Positions 28,338 to 38,250 of a stretch of 42,473 nucleotides of DNA are shown one piece after another. The stretch is from contig JBLWGC010000079.1 of NCBI GenBank assembly GCA_048772705.1, positions 1-42,473 on the forward strand, given 5' to 3'. Made by a program: the position numbers and the translations under genes. The DNA is from Leidyana gryllorum EB-2025a. Taxonomy: Eukaryota > Protista > Apicomplexa. The notes beneath the pieces were generated by a model, which saw only the letters and a list, made by a program, of their open reading frames with translations, was not told the origin of the DNA and did no database searches. Position 1 is the first letter of the stretch, and every line of letters begins with the position of its first letter.

Positions 28338-28580
28338 AGTAGAGTGGTGATTGGCAAAGTACTAGACAGCGTTGATAGGCCAACCAGACTACTCTGGCGA
28401 GGGTTCCATCTATGTAGTTCGGATGGGCTGAGAATCGATCCCGGAACCTTTCGTATACCAAGCACCGTTTCATCATCTGGGCTAGCCTCCCTCTGTGCCT
28501 ACCTCATGGCATTGAGTGATACTCCACATAGTGAGACGAGTCTCTCGACTGTACCCAGCGGGTTGAACCACCGGCTAGGC

Positions 28581-28652
28581 GGCTGTTTGGTCTAGTGGTA
28601 TGATCCTTCCTTAGGGTGGAAGGAGTCCTGGGTTCGATTCCCAGAACAGCCC
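28581..28652 (+). tRNA. trnP: tRNA-Pro(AGG)
   Basis: CTTCC-TTAGGGT-GGAAG arm; intact. Confidence 0.94.
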
Positions 28653-28786
28653 TCTTAAATGTCGGTTGACCCGATGGGATAAGCAGGTTTTAGAAGTAAC
28701 ACAGCCACCTCGTTACCACTTCGGCACTCAAGGCAATTAACATCTCAAAAATCGCATTTCGGCTCCCTCTTCCATGGTGCAGACTG

Positions 28787-28858
28787 AGCAGTGTAGCTCA
28801 GTGGAAGAGTGTTGGGCTCATAACCCAAAGGTCCGTCGATCGAAACGACGCACTGCTA
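28787..28858 (+). tRNA. trnM: Initiator tRNA-Met(CAT)
   Basis: A1-U72; TTGGG-CTCATAA-CCCAA arm; GATCGAAA T-loop. Confidence 0.95.
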
Positions 28859-29047
28859 AGTGTGCGCAGGAGGGAAACAGTTACAGAATTGACTGGGTCG
28901 TGAGCAAAGCCTTCTGCCGGAATCGAGCCGGCGCTTACGAAGCGAACGCTCTGCCCCTAAGCTTAGAAGGCAATGTAAGTCGGAGATAACGAAGCGATGG
29001 CTACTGACGGAGATTAGTGGAGCACTTTGCTCGAGTACTTCAATGAC

Positions 29048-29120
29048 TTCCACTGCCGGGACTTGAACCCGGATCGTGCGGGTGAGAGCCGCATATCCTA
29101 GCCACTTAGACTACAGTGGA
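29048..29120 (-). tRNA. trnE: tRNA-Glu(CTC)
   Basis: Intact. Confidence 0.93.
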
Positions 29121-29235
29121 CAACTCCCTCAGCCGCAGCTTTAGCCGAGAGCCGTACCCTCTTGACAAGACGTGGTTGCAATCCTGCGGTACAAAAAGGA
29201 GGATGTCTATACTAACCTGTGAACCATTGTAGCTG

Positions 29236-29308
29236 GGCCTTGTAGCTCAGTCGGCAGAGCGTGTGGCTGTTAACCACAAAGTCGCAGGTTCGAAACCCGC
29301 CAGGACCG
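29236..29308 (+). tRNA. trnN: tRNA-Asn(GTT), two mismatches
   Basis: CTGTTAA loop. Confidence 0.78.
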
Positions 29309-29423
29309 GTTTCAGAGGCACACTAAACACTGACTGCGCTGCTCTCCCAATGGCACTTGTGGTCTGCGACTCTTCAAAGATGTAAGTTTGTTTGGATCCT
29401 GCGACGTGCAGCCGTATGTACTT

Positions 29424-29496
29424 TGGACGACCTGGGTATCGATCCCAGTACCTCTCGCATGCGAAGCGAGCGCACTACCATCTGAGCTAGCCGCCC
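29424..29496 (-). tRNA. trnA: tRNA-Ala(CGC), D-stem mismatch
   Basis: TTCGCAT loop. Confidence 0.83.
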
Positions 29497-29556
29497 ATGC
29501 GCTCTACATGGAAGACCTATTGCATCCAGTGGCTGACCGAGGGCCGATAAAACGGC

Positions 29557-29636
29557 TGACAAGAGTGGGATTCGAACCCACGCCCTTTCGGACTGCGGCC
29601 TTAACACAGCGCCTTGGACCACTCGGCCATCTTGCC
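29557..29636 (-). tRNA. trnL: tRNA-Leu(AAG)
   Basis: Intact. Confidence 0.93.
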
Positions 29637-29863
29637 GGAGTGTTCTTGGCTCGCCACTTTACACGGTTTCTGTTCGTGAAGTCTCGAGAAGAAAGGCTTT
29701 TCTCACGGCCCGGGGTGCTTAGATGGCAACCCATCTGATGGTAGTGGTGGCATCAGCTATTCGACGAGGAAATTCCGTCCGCCGGGAGTTGAGGAGTGGA
29801 CTTCTTACAAGGCATTCCATCCTGATCGATGCTTCGCTACCTCTACAGCCTCGCTCAAAGATT

Positions 29864-29935
29864 GTCCGAGTCGTCTAGTGGTTAGGACAGCACGTTGTGG
29901 CCGTGCAAACCCAGGCTCGATTCCTGGCTCGGACA
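29864..29935 (+). tRNA. trnH: tRNA-His(GTG)
   Basis: Copy of 9802-9873. Confidence 0.88.
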
Positions 29936-30010
29936 AGCAGTCTAAAGTGCATTGCTCTTCGCCCCGGTTGAAAATATTGTTGCAGCCATGGTCAAGCCTG
30001 TACGATCGGC

Positions 30011-30079
30011 TGCACCTGCCGGGACTCGAACCCGGGCTGCGAGCATGGGAAGCTCGCATCCTACCCTTGGACCACAAGC
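30011..30079 (-). pseudogene. trnG: tRNA-Gly(CCC), 5' end clipped by a deletion
   Basis: Compare 9949-10040. Confidence 0.8.
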
Positions 30080-30237
30080 ACCCCGAGACTCGGCCGCAAT
30101 CTGCGTTGAGCTAGTGGGTGCATCAAGTACTGGCAGGTTCCAGTCTGCGACTTTGTGGCTAAGAGACTTACCCTCTGGTGGCTGAACTACGAGGCTTGAG
30201 AGACTTAAGCTTTGCAGGTGCCCAGTCGATGCAGTCA

Positions 30238-30309
30238 AGCCTTCTGCCGGAATCGAACCGGCGACTTCTCGATTACGAAGCGAACGCTCTGCCCCTAAGC
30301 TAAGAAGGC
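30238..30309 (-). tRNA. trnT: tRNA-Thr(CGT)
   Basis: Copy of 10214-10285. Confidence 0.84.
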
Positions 30310-30533
30310 AATCCAGGCCGAAGATCAAGAATCAGTCACTATTGACGGGGATTACTGAGGCACTTTGCTCAAGTATTCCACTGACTTCAACCACTGACTT
30401 CCACTGCCGGACTTGAGCCCGGAGCTTGCGGGTGAGGCCGCATATCCTAGCCACTCAGACTACAGTGGACAACATTCCTCAGCGAAGGCAGCTAGTCAGC
30501 CAAATCATCGAAGTAAAGTGCTGAGCATTTGGC

Positions 30534-30606
30534 TACCTACGGCGAGACTCGAACTCACAACCTTTGGATTAGAAGTCCAACGCGCTATCCATTGCGCCAC
30601 GTAGGC
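30534..30606 (-). tRNA. trnR: tRNA-Arg(TCT)
   Basis: TTGGA-CTTCTAA-TCCAA arm; intact; no intron. Confidence 0.94.
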
Positions 30607-30695
30607 CGCGGCTTTTCGACTAGATTAAAATATCAACATTCACATTTTTGGACCACGCGCCAGTCGTTTCTCTGCAGCCAAAGTTGCATGGAGTT

Positions 30696-30768
30696 TGGAC
30701 GACCTGGGTATCGATCCCAGTACCTCTCGCATGCAAAGCGAGCGCTCCACCATCTGAGCTAGTCGCCC
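30696..30768 (-). tRNA. trnA: tRNA-Ala(TGC), A21>G
   Basis: TTTGCAT loop. Confidence 0.84.
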
Positions 30769-30856
30769 GACGTGCAGTCCCCATCGCATTTATCGGTTGT
30801 CAACATAGCATGACCACTCTCTCGACTCTACCCGCGGATTGCACCACCGACCAGTC

Positions 30857-30928
30857 AGCTGTTTGGTCTAGTGGTATGATCCTTCCTTAGGGTGGAAGGA
30901 GTGCTGGGTTCGATTCCCAGAACAGCCC
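30857..30928 (+). pseudogene. trnP: tRNA-Pro(AGG), G1>A
   Basis: TTAGGGT loop. Confidence 0.8.
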
Positions 30929-31003
30929 GCTTTGTTGTATCTTGACCCACCCTACCTGGCAGCATGGTTCTGGGTTCGGGTGATTCTTCGGAGACAGTCG
31001 GGG

Positions 31004-31076
31004 CGGAGTGTAGCGCAGTCGGTAGCGCGTAGGTCTCAGAATCCTGAAGTCGAGAGTTCGATCCTCTCCACTCCCA
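31004..31076 (+). pseudogene. Elongator tRNA-Met body with CAG (Leu) anticodon
   Basis: TAGGT-CTCAGAA-TCCTG arm; C1-C72 mismatch. Confidence 0.8.
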
Positions 31077-31362
31077 GGGTCGGAATCGAAATCGCCGACA
31101 AACTCATCATGCTATCGTTTTGCATCTGTCGGGAATCGCACACGGGTTATCTTGATGGCAGCGAGAGACTTTTCCACTAGACCACAGATGCGTGACACCT
31201 TGTTGTTGAAGAACGGCCGTTTTCTGACCGAACGTTTTCTGAACGAATGTCTGTGCCGTGTTCAGAGTGTCCGAGATAGCATAGTGGTTACTATTTTCGC
31301 ATGTCACGCCTAAGAAGCAGGCCCGATTGCCGGTAAATGAGTCTGGAACGGGGGATGGTTTT

Positions 31363-31434
31363 GGGCCTATGGAGCAACGGTAGCGCGTCTGACTCCAGAT
31401 CAGAAGGTTGGGTGTTCGAATCACTCTGGGCTCA
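31363..31434 (+). tRNA. trnW: tRNA-Trp(CCA), D-stem mismatch
   Basis: CTCCAGA loop. Confidence 0.83.
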
Positions 31435-31470
31435 ACCGGACTCTATGTTTTTCCCGTTTGGGACGCAACG

Positions 31471-31550
31471 TGACAAAAGTGGGATTCGAACCCACGACCT
31501 TTCGGACTCCGGTCTGAGCACAGCGCCTCAGACCACCCGGTCATCTTGCC
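31471..31550 (-). pseudogene. trnL: tRNA-Leu(CAG), degenerate
   Basis: Copy of 3483-3562. Confidence 0.8.
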
Positions 31551-31644
31551 GGGATGTTGTTGGCTCGCCGCTCCACGCGTTTTCTATCCCTGGAATCTCA
31601 AGATGGAAGGACTTTTGGGGTTTCAGGCCGGTGTGTTCGGAGCG

Positions 31645-31716
31645 TCCGAGATAGTATAGTGGTTAGTATTTCCGCCTGTCACGCGGAAGACCCGGGTTCG
31701 ATTCCCGGTCTCGGAG
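31645..31716 (+). tRNA. trnD: tRNA-Asp(GTC)
   Basis: Fully paired. Confidence 0.95.
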
Positions 31717-32019
31717 CAGTTCCAGCCCTCACAGCTGGTGCAACTCAGATTTTGTCTCAGCTGGTCTGGACTTCATTCGGGATTGTACGAGTGGGAGCCG
31801 CGTATAGTAGCCGACCTTGGAGAGACGTGGCATTGAACCCAGGACTTCTTCCAGCCGAAGAAAGAATCATATAACTAGCCCAAACAGCCCCCTGTGGGTG
31901 CCTCAGGTACTGGCAGGTTCCAAACCTGCGACCTCGTGGCTGAGAGACTTACCTCTGATGGCTGAGCTACGATTATTGGAGTTTGCGAGCAACTTGCCGG
32001 TGCCCAGTCGATGCAGTCG

Positions 32020-32091
32020 AGCCTTCAGCCGGAATCGAACCGGCGACTCCTCGCTTACGAAGCGAACGCTCTGCCCCTAATCTAAGAAGGC
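32020..32091 (-). pseudogene. trnT: tRNA-Thr(CGT), degenerate
   Basis: TTCGTAA loop. Confidence 0.8.
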
Positions 32092-32167
32092 AATGGAAGC
32101 CGGAGATGACGAAACAATCGCTATTGACGGAGATTAGTGGAGCATTTTGCTAGAGTAGTTCAATGAC

Positions 32168-32240
32168 TGGCACTGCCGGGACTTGAACCCGGATCGTGCG
32201 GGTGAAAGCCGCATATCCTAGCCACTTAGACTACAGTGGA
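32168..32240 (-). pseudogene. trnE: tRNA-Glu(TTC), acceptor 3' end mutated
   Basis: CTTTCAC loop. Confidence 0.8.
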
Positions 32241-32305
32241 CGAGTGGTTGAGTTGGGGCTTCGGCCGAGAGCCGTACCGTCTTGGAAAACATGGTATGTC
32301 GGCGT

Positions 32306-32907
32306 TGTTGTAACCCCAAGTCGCTACTCAAGGGGAACGAGGCCCAGTTCTCATCTCTGCATACTTTCGACCACAAGTCAGACTTAGAACCAAGTTAGTA
32401 TTTTTGCCGACAAGTCTACCACGAATATGTCGCACACGACGGCGCAAAACAAGAACTACGACTTGTTGTACCAAGTGCAAAAGTTATCTTAGGCCGCCTC
32501 TTGCCTAGTCCAACTCTGACTTAGCCAACTTTGCTTGCGTGTGTCTCTCGCTCTGGTGTCTCTCTCACTCCACCCATGTGCCAGTCGCTTGCACTCTTGC
32601 GGAGCCTCGCGCTGGACACACACGGTAGTTCTCCCCGACCCCACACTCTGACCATTCATGCGAGTGTCTGCACAGTTACACTGTCGCAGAGAGCTCAGAC
32701 CACTAGGGTGCATTAGCCTTTACGCTTTAGTAGTAGTTGCTTTACGTTCGTTAATAATGCCTTTTCACCATCTTATACATGCCCCTATATAAGTGCCAAA
32801 TATGTAGGGAAGTATCCAGATGGATGTTAATTCGATTGGAAATTTCACCGAGTCGAATTTGGCCACCCGATAGGAAGTTGACCATCAGGCAAACACGAAC
32901 TACAACA
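32306..32907. mobile_element. Solo LTR of an LTR retrotransposon (602 bp)
   Basis: Termini TGTTGTA...TACAACA; 5-bp TSD GGCGT (32301-32305, 32908-32912); empty sites ATGTCGGCGTGA at ~24235, ~37021 and ~23392(-); TATA-like CTATATAAG ~32785. Confidence 0.9.
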
Positions 32908-33151
32908 GGCGTGATCAAGTGAGTGGATCTCTGATACAGATTCGGACTTAGTAACCAATTCCATTTGTATTGATCGTGGAATCTTGGGCCTTCGTCGGGT
33001 ACGGGGCGAGCTTCCTTGCCGCCCCAACTCCGTCAGTAGAGCGCAAGACTTTTGAAGGGAGATCCGCGGGTTTGGGCGGCGCGAGCAGTCCTAGCAAAGC
33101 TCGCTGAACCGTATGTGAAGCCACTGGCCGCAAAATGCCAAGTTCGACAGC

Positions 33152-33233
33152 GGCAACTTGCCCGAGTGGTTAAGGGGGTAGACTAGAAATCTACTGGGCC
33201 TGGCCCGCGCTGGTTCAAATCGAGCAGTTGTCG
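33152..33233 (+). tRNA. trnS: tRNA-Ser(AGA), T-stem mismatch
   Basis: CTAGAAA loop. Confidence 0.84.
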
Positions 33234-33354
33234 TGTGCTGCGATCATCGGAGTAGGCGGCCGGGCTCAAAACACCAGCACTACATCCTAGAGATTGCAGT
33301 GGCGACGCAGAGGCATCAAGTAAGTGAATAGGTGCCATCTGTCGTCGCAGAAGT

Positions 33355-33428
33355 GGTCGCGTGACTCAGTCGGTTAGAGCGTGAGCCTAATAAGCTCAAA
33401 GTCCCCGGTTTGAGCCCGGGCGTGACCA
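33355..33428 (+). pseudogene. trnI: tRNA-Ile(AAT), degenerate
   Basis: C56>T; D-stem mismatch. Confidence 0.8.
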
Positions 33429-33629
33429 AGTGAGTGGATCTTTGATAAAGAGTTGCCAATACGAAAGGAACTTTTTACCAAGTCCAAGCTTCCTTGCCGC
33501 GCCAGCTCCGTCGGTAGAGCGCAAGACTTTCAATGGAGAGATCGCGGGTTCGGACAGCGCGAGCGCTCCGAGTCAAGCTGCTGAACCGTATGTGAAGCCA
33601 CTGCCTGCGGCATGCCGAGTTCTACCGTC

Positions 33630-33711
33630 GGCAACTTGCCCAAGTGGTTAAGGGGGTAGACTCGAAATCTACTGGGCCGGGCCTGCGCTGGTTCAAATCC
33701 AGCAGTTGTCG
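33630..33711 (+). tRNA. trnS: tRNA-Ser(CGA)
   Basis: CTCGAAA loop; variable arm. Confidence 0.86.
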
Positions 33712-33787
33712 TGCGATGTGATCGGGCATCAACTCCCTTCGCTCGTGACTCTGTTTTCATATACCGCGGGTGCAGCCGTTAGAGGCT

Positions 33788-33860
33788 TGGACGACCTGGG
33801 CATCGATCCCAGTATCTCTCGCATGTTAAGCGGGTGCTATGTCATTTGAGCTAGTGGCCC
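33788..33860 (-). pseudogene. tRNA-Ala body with AAC anticodon, D-arm destroyed
   Basis: CCCGC-TTAACAT-GCGAG. Confidence 0.75.
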
Positions 33861-33948
33861 GCTTTGCAGACACCATAGCATTTAGTGGTTCTTGACATAT
33901 TGTGACCAGTGTCCCGACTCTACCAGCAATTTGCACCACCGACCAGTC

Positions 33949-34020
33949 GGCTGTTTGGTCTAGTGGTATGATTCTTCCTTTGGGTGGAAGAAGTCCTGGG
34001 TTCGATTCCCAGAACAGCCC
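33949..34020 (+). tRNA. trnP: tRNA-Pro(TGG)
   Basis: Intact. Confidence 0.93.
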
Positions 34021-34181
34021 GTCTGTCAGTTGTTGACTCAATACGCCACGTCTCTTCAAGGTTGTCCAAGATATGCTGCTCCGACAGCTGAAACAAGATT
34101 TGAATTGGATTCATTCCAGTTGGCCCATCAACGATATCTGCAAAACCCATCAGGTAGTAGTCTGCCAACCACCACTCTACT

Positions 34182-34261
34182 TCCGGTGGGACGGAATCGA
34201 ACCGCCGACTATCTGATGCCAGCACTACAGTCAGATGCTCTACCAACTGAGCTACCCCCGG
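34182..34261 (-). tRNA. trnY: tRNA-Tyr(GTA) with 7-nt intron
   Basis: Same as 20519-20598. Confidence 0.9.
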
Positions 34262-34583
34262 TCGTCCAACTGCTGCGAGATTCGAAGGCTCAACCTCAGA
34301 CCCTCAACAGTGGCGCTCTCAAGGTCAGAAGTACGACACGGATTTCGGGGTGGTCCAAGGTGCCAGACTCGAGTTCTGGTAAGACCGGATGGGCTGGGAA
34401 TCAATCCCAGTACCTATCGTATACTAGGCCACCGTTTTATCATCTGCTAGCCTCCCGCTGTGCCCACCTCATACTAAATTTAATTGGCTCCTGTATATAG
34501 CGCCCAGCGTAGAGCGTTGGATTTGAGTCGGACAGAAAGCTCACTTCAATCATTGAAGCAATTTCGCTCTCCGCGAATGCTAC

Positions 34584-34665
34584 CGACAAGGGCGAGATTC
34601 GAATTCACGCGGGTAAAACCCAACGGCTTAGCAGGCCGCCGCCTTAACCGCTCGGCCACCTTGCC
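34584..34665 (-). tRNA. trnS: tRNA-Ser(GCT), T-stem variant
   Basis: CTGCTAA loop; G53>A. Confidence 0.78.
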
Positions 34666-35130
34666 GAGACTGTAACTGATTACACCTTCCCTCGGGCACC
34701 CCGTGCGAACTGTTGTAGGAAGAGGAGGGTCTCTCTACTAACCTCTGAAACATTGTAAGGGGTCTTGTAGCTCAGGCGGCAGAGGGTGTGGCTGTTAACC
34801 GCAAAGTCGCAGGCTCGGAACCTGCCAGGAGCGCTTTCAGAGGCACGCTAGACACTGACTGCGCTGCTCTCGCAATGGCAATTGTGGTCTGCGACCCTTC
34901 AAAGATGGTGAGATCCCGGCACGTGCAGCCGTACGTACTTTGGACGACCTGGGCATCGATCCCAGTATCTCTCGCACGCTAAGCGTAGCCAGCTACCATT
35001 TGAGCTAGTCGCCCATTTAGCAAACCCCAGTACATCCATTTCTTTTTTACATGGTATGACCAATCTCCCAACTGCATCGATCACTTTCACCTGTTTGTGC
35101 TCCACTTTGCACAAACGAAGGCACGCAGGA

Positions 35131-35203
35131 AACGGCTAGAGGGACTCGAACCCTCAACCTTTGCCTTAGGAGGGCAACGCGCTATCCATTGCGCCACAAC
35201 CGC
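35131..35203 (-). tRNA. trnR: tRNA-Arg(CCT)
   Basis: TTGCC-CTCCTAA-GGCAA arm; GAGGG/CCCTC T-stem. Confidence 0.9.
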
Positions 35204-35300
35204 ATTCGGAACGCATCCGACTTTTGAGTGGACAGAACCGGCTGCCCAAGGTGTCTCCTCTTTCACCCAACCAGTATCGAGATGACCGAAGCCTATCCAT

Positions 35301-35373
35301 GGTGCGGTGGCCTAATGGATAGGGCATCGGTCTTCGGAACCGGGAGTTGTGGGTTCGAGTCCCATCCGCATCA
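35301..35373 (+). tRNA. trnR: tRNA-Arg(TCG)
   Basis: Intact. Confidence 0.93.
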
Positions 35374-35651
35374 TAGCCTCTCACTCGGAAGACGTTCCGT
35401 TTCGACCGAGGCAAGCTTGCTAGCTGCATGGGAGCCGCTGCCCCGCATGTCGAGTTGAAGTGCTAGTGGTATCAGTTTCCTACGTCCGTGAAAGTGCTCG
35501 ATTCGATCCCCGTAGGTTGCAGACAGCTGGAAGTAGAAATTTTCCAGACGTCAGTAGAGAGACCCGTGTTGCGTGTGTCCAGTTGAGGAAGCGCTAGTCC
35601 GGATAATTCTACCGACTCAATTCTACCGACTCTTCTGGGATGGGCTGAATC

Positions 35652-35723
35652 GGTTGCGTGGTGTAGTGGTTAGCACTGGAGACTCTGAATCTCCCGACCT
35701 GGGTTCGATTCCCGGCGCGACCT
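35652..35723 (+). tRNA. trnQ: tRNA-Gln(CTG)
   Basis: Intact. Confidence 0.94.
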
Positions 35724-35787
35724 TACAACTGGTCCTCACTGCTCCGTGAAACTTCGCCACTCCTCTTGGGCTGCGGGGACCATTCAT

Positions 35788-35930
35788 GCAGCCACCGTCT
35801 AGTGGTTACGAGGTCTGCTTAACACGCAGAAAGTCCGAGGTGAATCCTCGGTGGCCGTAGCTCCCACGGTCTAGTGGTTACGACGTCTGCTGAACACGCA
35901 GAAAGTCCGAGGTGAATCCTCGGTGGTGTA
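35788..35930 (+). pseudogene. trnV: Two tandem decayed tRNA-Val(AAC) copies
   Basis: Repeated TCTAGTGGTTACGA...ACACGCAGAAAGTCCGAGGTGAATCCTCGGTGG. Confidence 0.78.
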
Positions 35931-35985
35931 ACTCCTAACTCTCAGCGAGAACCAAAGGAGAGAATTTTAAGCAAAACCACCTGTG

Positions 35986-36057
35986 CTCCGAGACCGGGAA
36001 TCGAACCCGGGTCTTCCGCGTGACAGGCGGAGATACTAAACACTATACTATCTCGGA
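35986..36057 (-). pseudogene. trnD: tRNA-Asp(GTC), D-loop GG lost
   Basis: CTGTCAC loop. Confidence 0.8.
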
Positions 36058-36245
36058 CGCTCTGGACACGCCGGCCTCCAATCCCAGAAGTCTTTCTATT
36101 TTGGCTCACGCACAAAAAACGCGTGGAGCGATCCAACAACACTGTCGCAAGATGGCCGAGTTGTCTAAGGCGCTGTGCTCAGACCGCAGTCCGAAAGGGC
36201 GAGGATCTGGGGTTGAGCCGTTCGAACCCCGGAGCAGTTGGACGG

Positions 36246-36329
36246 CCGGGGGTAGCTCAGTTGGTAGAGCATCTGACTGTAGTGCTGGCATCAGATAGTC
36301 GGCGGTTCGGTTCCGTTCCGTCCCACCGG
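36246..36329 (+). pseudogene. trnY: tRNA-Tyr(GTA) with intron and T-arm duplication
   Basis: GGTTCGGTTCCGTTCCGTCC. Confidence 0.8.
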
Positions 36330-36557
36330 ATGGTTTTGGCAGACAGCGTTGATAGGCCAACTAGACTACTCCGGCGAGGGTTCCATCTATGTAGTTCGGA
36401 TGGGCTGAGAATCGATCCCAGAACCTTTCATATACTAAGCACCGTTTCATCATCTGGTCTAGCCTCCCTCTGTGCCTACCTCATGGCATTGAGTGATACT
36501 TCACATAGTGAGACGAGTCTCTCGACTGTACCCAGCGGGTTGAATCACCGGCTAGGC

Positions 36558-36629
36558 GGCTGTTTGGTCTAGTGGTATAATCCTTCCTTAGGGTGGAAGG
36601 AGTCCTGGGTTCGATTCCCAGAACAGCCC
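36558..36629 (+). tRNA. trnP: tRNA-Pro(AGG)
   Basis: TTAGGGT loop; D-stem mismatch. Confidence 0.84.
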
Positions 36630-36735
36630 GTCTGATAGTTGTTGACGCAACACGGCACTCGACCCATCCCGGACAATGTCCCTGACACAGGATCTGAGTT
36701 GTTGAGTCAACAGGCTGCAGCCCGGCCATTCGCCC

Positions 36736-36808
36736 AGACGCTACTGGGACTCGAACCCAGAATCCCCGGTTCCGAAGACCGATGCCATATCCATTAGGCC
36801 ATAGCGCC
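36736..36808 (-). tRNA. trnR: tRNA-Arg(TCG) on the Arg(ACG)-type body
   Basis: GGCGCTA acceptor as 23948/39816 but CTTCGGA loop. Confidence 0.9.
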
Positions 36809-37268
36809 GACTAACGGAGCCCTCAAATGGAAGTGTGTAGCGATCAAGAGAGGACATGGGCAGCTAAGCCCGATCGTGGGTTCGGACAAACTTCACCTAC
36901 ATCTCCCATTCGAGACATCGGGGACATACTATCCAAGCCAGGATTCGGGCTGGGTACGCACGGCCACAACTTCCTGTTGTAAGCACTAGACGACCCGGAC
37001 AATCTTCATGTGAGGCTGGTATGTCGGCGTGACCAAGTGAGTGGATCTCTGATACAAATTCGGACTTAGTAACCAATTCCATTTGTATTGATCGTGGAAT
37101 CTTGGGCCTTCCTCGGGTACGGGGCGAGCTTCTTACCGCCCCAACTCCGTCAGTAGAGCGCAAGACTTTTGAAGGCAGAACCGCGGGTTCGGGCGGCGCG
37201 AGCAGTCCTAGCAAAGCTCGCTGAACCGTATGTAAATCCGCTCGCCGCAAAATGCCAAGTTCGACAGC

Positions 37269-37350
37269 GGCACCTTGCCCAAGTGGTTGAGGGGGTAGAC
37301 TAGAAATCTACTGGGCCTGGCCCGCGCTGGTTCAAATCGAGCAGTTGTCG
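37269..37350 (+). pseudogene. trnS: tRNA-Ser(AGA), degenerate
   Basis: Several mismatches. Confidence 0.8.
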
Positions 37351-37470
37351 TGTGCTGCGATCATCGGAGTAGGCGGCTGGGCTCAAACACCAGCAGTACA
37401 TGCTAGAGATTGCAGTGGCGACGCAGAGGCATCAAGTAAGTGAATAGGTGCCATCTGTCGTCGCAGAAGT

Positions 37471-37544
37471 GGTCGCGTAGCTCAGTCGGTCAGAGCGTGA
37501 GCCTAATAAGATCAAGGTCCCCGGTTCGAGCCCGGGCGTGACCA
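37471..37544 (+). tRNA. trnI: tRNA-Ile(AAT), anticodon-stem mismatch
   Basis: CTAATAA loop. Confidence 0.82.
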
Positions 37545-37739
37545 AGTGAGTGGATCTCTGATAAATAGTTGCCCTGAACCCGAGGAAGCTCCAAAATCCT
37601 GCGACCAATACGAAAGGAACTAGTTACTAAGTCCGAGCTTCCTTGCCGCGCCACCTCCGGCAATAGACCCCTAAACTTTCAATCAAGCTTGCTGAACCGT
37701 ATGTGAATCCGCTCGCCGCAAAATGCCAAGTTCGACAGC

Positions 37740-37821
37740 GGCACCTTGCCCAAGTGGTTGAGGGGGTAGACTAGAAATCTACTGGGCCTGGCCCGCGCTG
37801 GTTCAAATCGAGCAGTTGTCG
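37740..37821 (+). pseudogene. trnS: tRNA-Ser(AGA), degenerate
   Basis: Tandem copy of 37269-37350. Confidence 0.8.
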
Positions 37822-37941
37822 TGTGCTGCGATCATCGGAGTAGGCGGCTGGGCTCAAACACCAGCAGTACATGCCAGAGATTGCAGTGGCGACGCAGAGG
37901 CATCAAGTAAGTGAATAGGTGCCATCTGTCGTCGCAGAAGT

Positions 37942-38015
37942 GGTCGCGTAGCTCAGTCGGTCAGAGCGTGAGCCTAATAAGCTCAAGGTCCCCGGTTCGA
38001 GCCCGGGCGTGACCA
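37942..38015 (+). tRNA. trnI: tRNA-Ile(AAT)
   Basis: Intact. Confidence 0.93.
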
Positions 38016-38250
38016 AGTAAGTGGATCTCTGATAAATAGTTGCCCTGAACCCGAGGAAGCTCCAAAATCCTGCGACCAATACGAAAGGAACTAGTTACTA
38101 AGTCCGAGCTTCCTTGCCGCGCCACCTCCGGCAATAGACCCCTAAACTTTCAATGGAGAGACCGCGGCTTCGGGCAGCGCGAGCAGTCCGAGTCAAGCTT
38201 GCTGAACCGTATGTGAAGCCACTGTCTGCGGCATGCCGAGTTCGACCGTT

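Larger units (their letters stand above)
34530..35540 (+). repeat. Direct segmental duplicate of ~40540-41513 (Ser-Asn-Ala-Arg-Arg)
   Basis: Near-identical sequence; duplicated ORF translations. Confidence 0.92.
37213..38153 (+). repeat. Tandem duplication, ~471-bp period (Ser-Ile-Lys remnant)
   Basis: Ser 37269/37740; Ile 37471/37942. Confidence 0.93.

Noticed and set aside
32168-32172. Encoded CCA at the 3' end of tRNA-Glu(TTC)
   Set aside because: The CCA replaces acceptor bases 71-73 and breaks pairing, so it is a mutation rather than a CCA tail
33788-33860. Ala body with Val (AAC) anticodon as a mistranslator
   Set aside because: The D-loop GG and D-stem are destroyed and the acceptor is mismatched, so it is unlikely to fold
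36095-36112. Dinoflagellate spliced-leader relic (ATTTTGGCTCA)
   Set aside because: Only a short partial match inside the Leu/Asp spacer; the homologous copy at ~25152 reads ATTTTGACTCA
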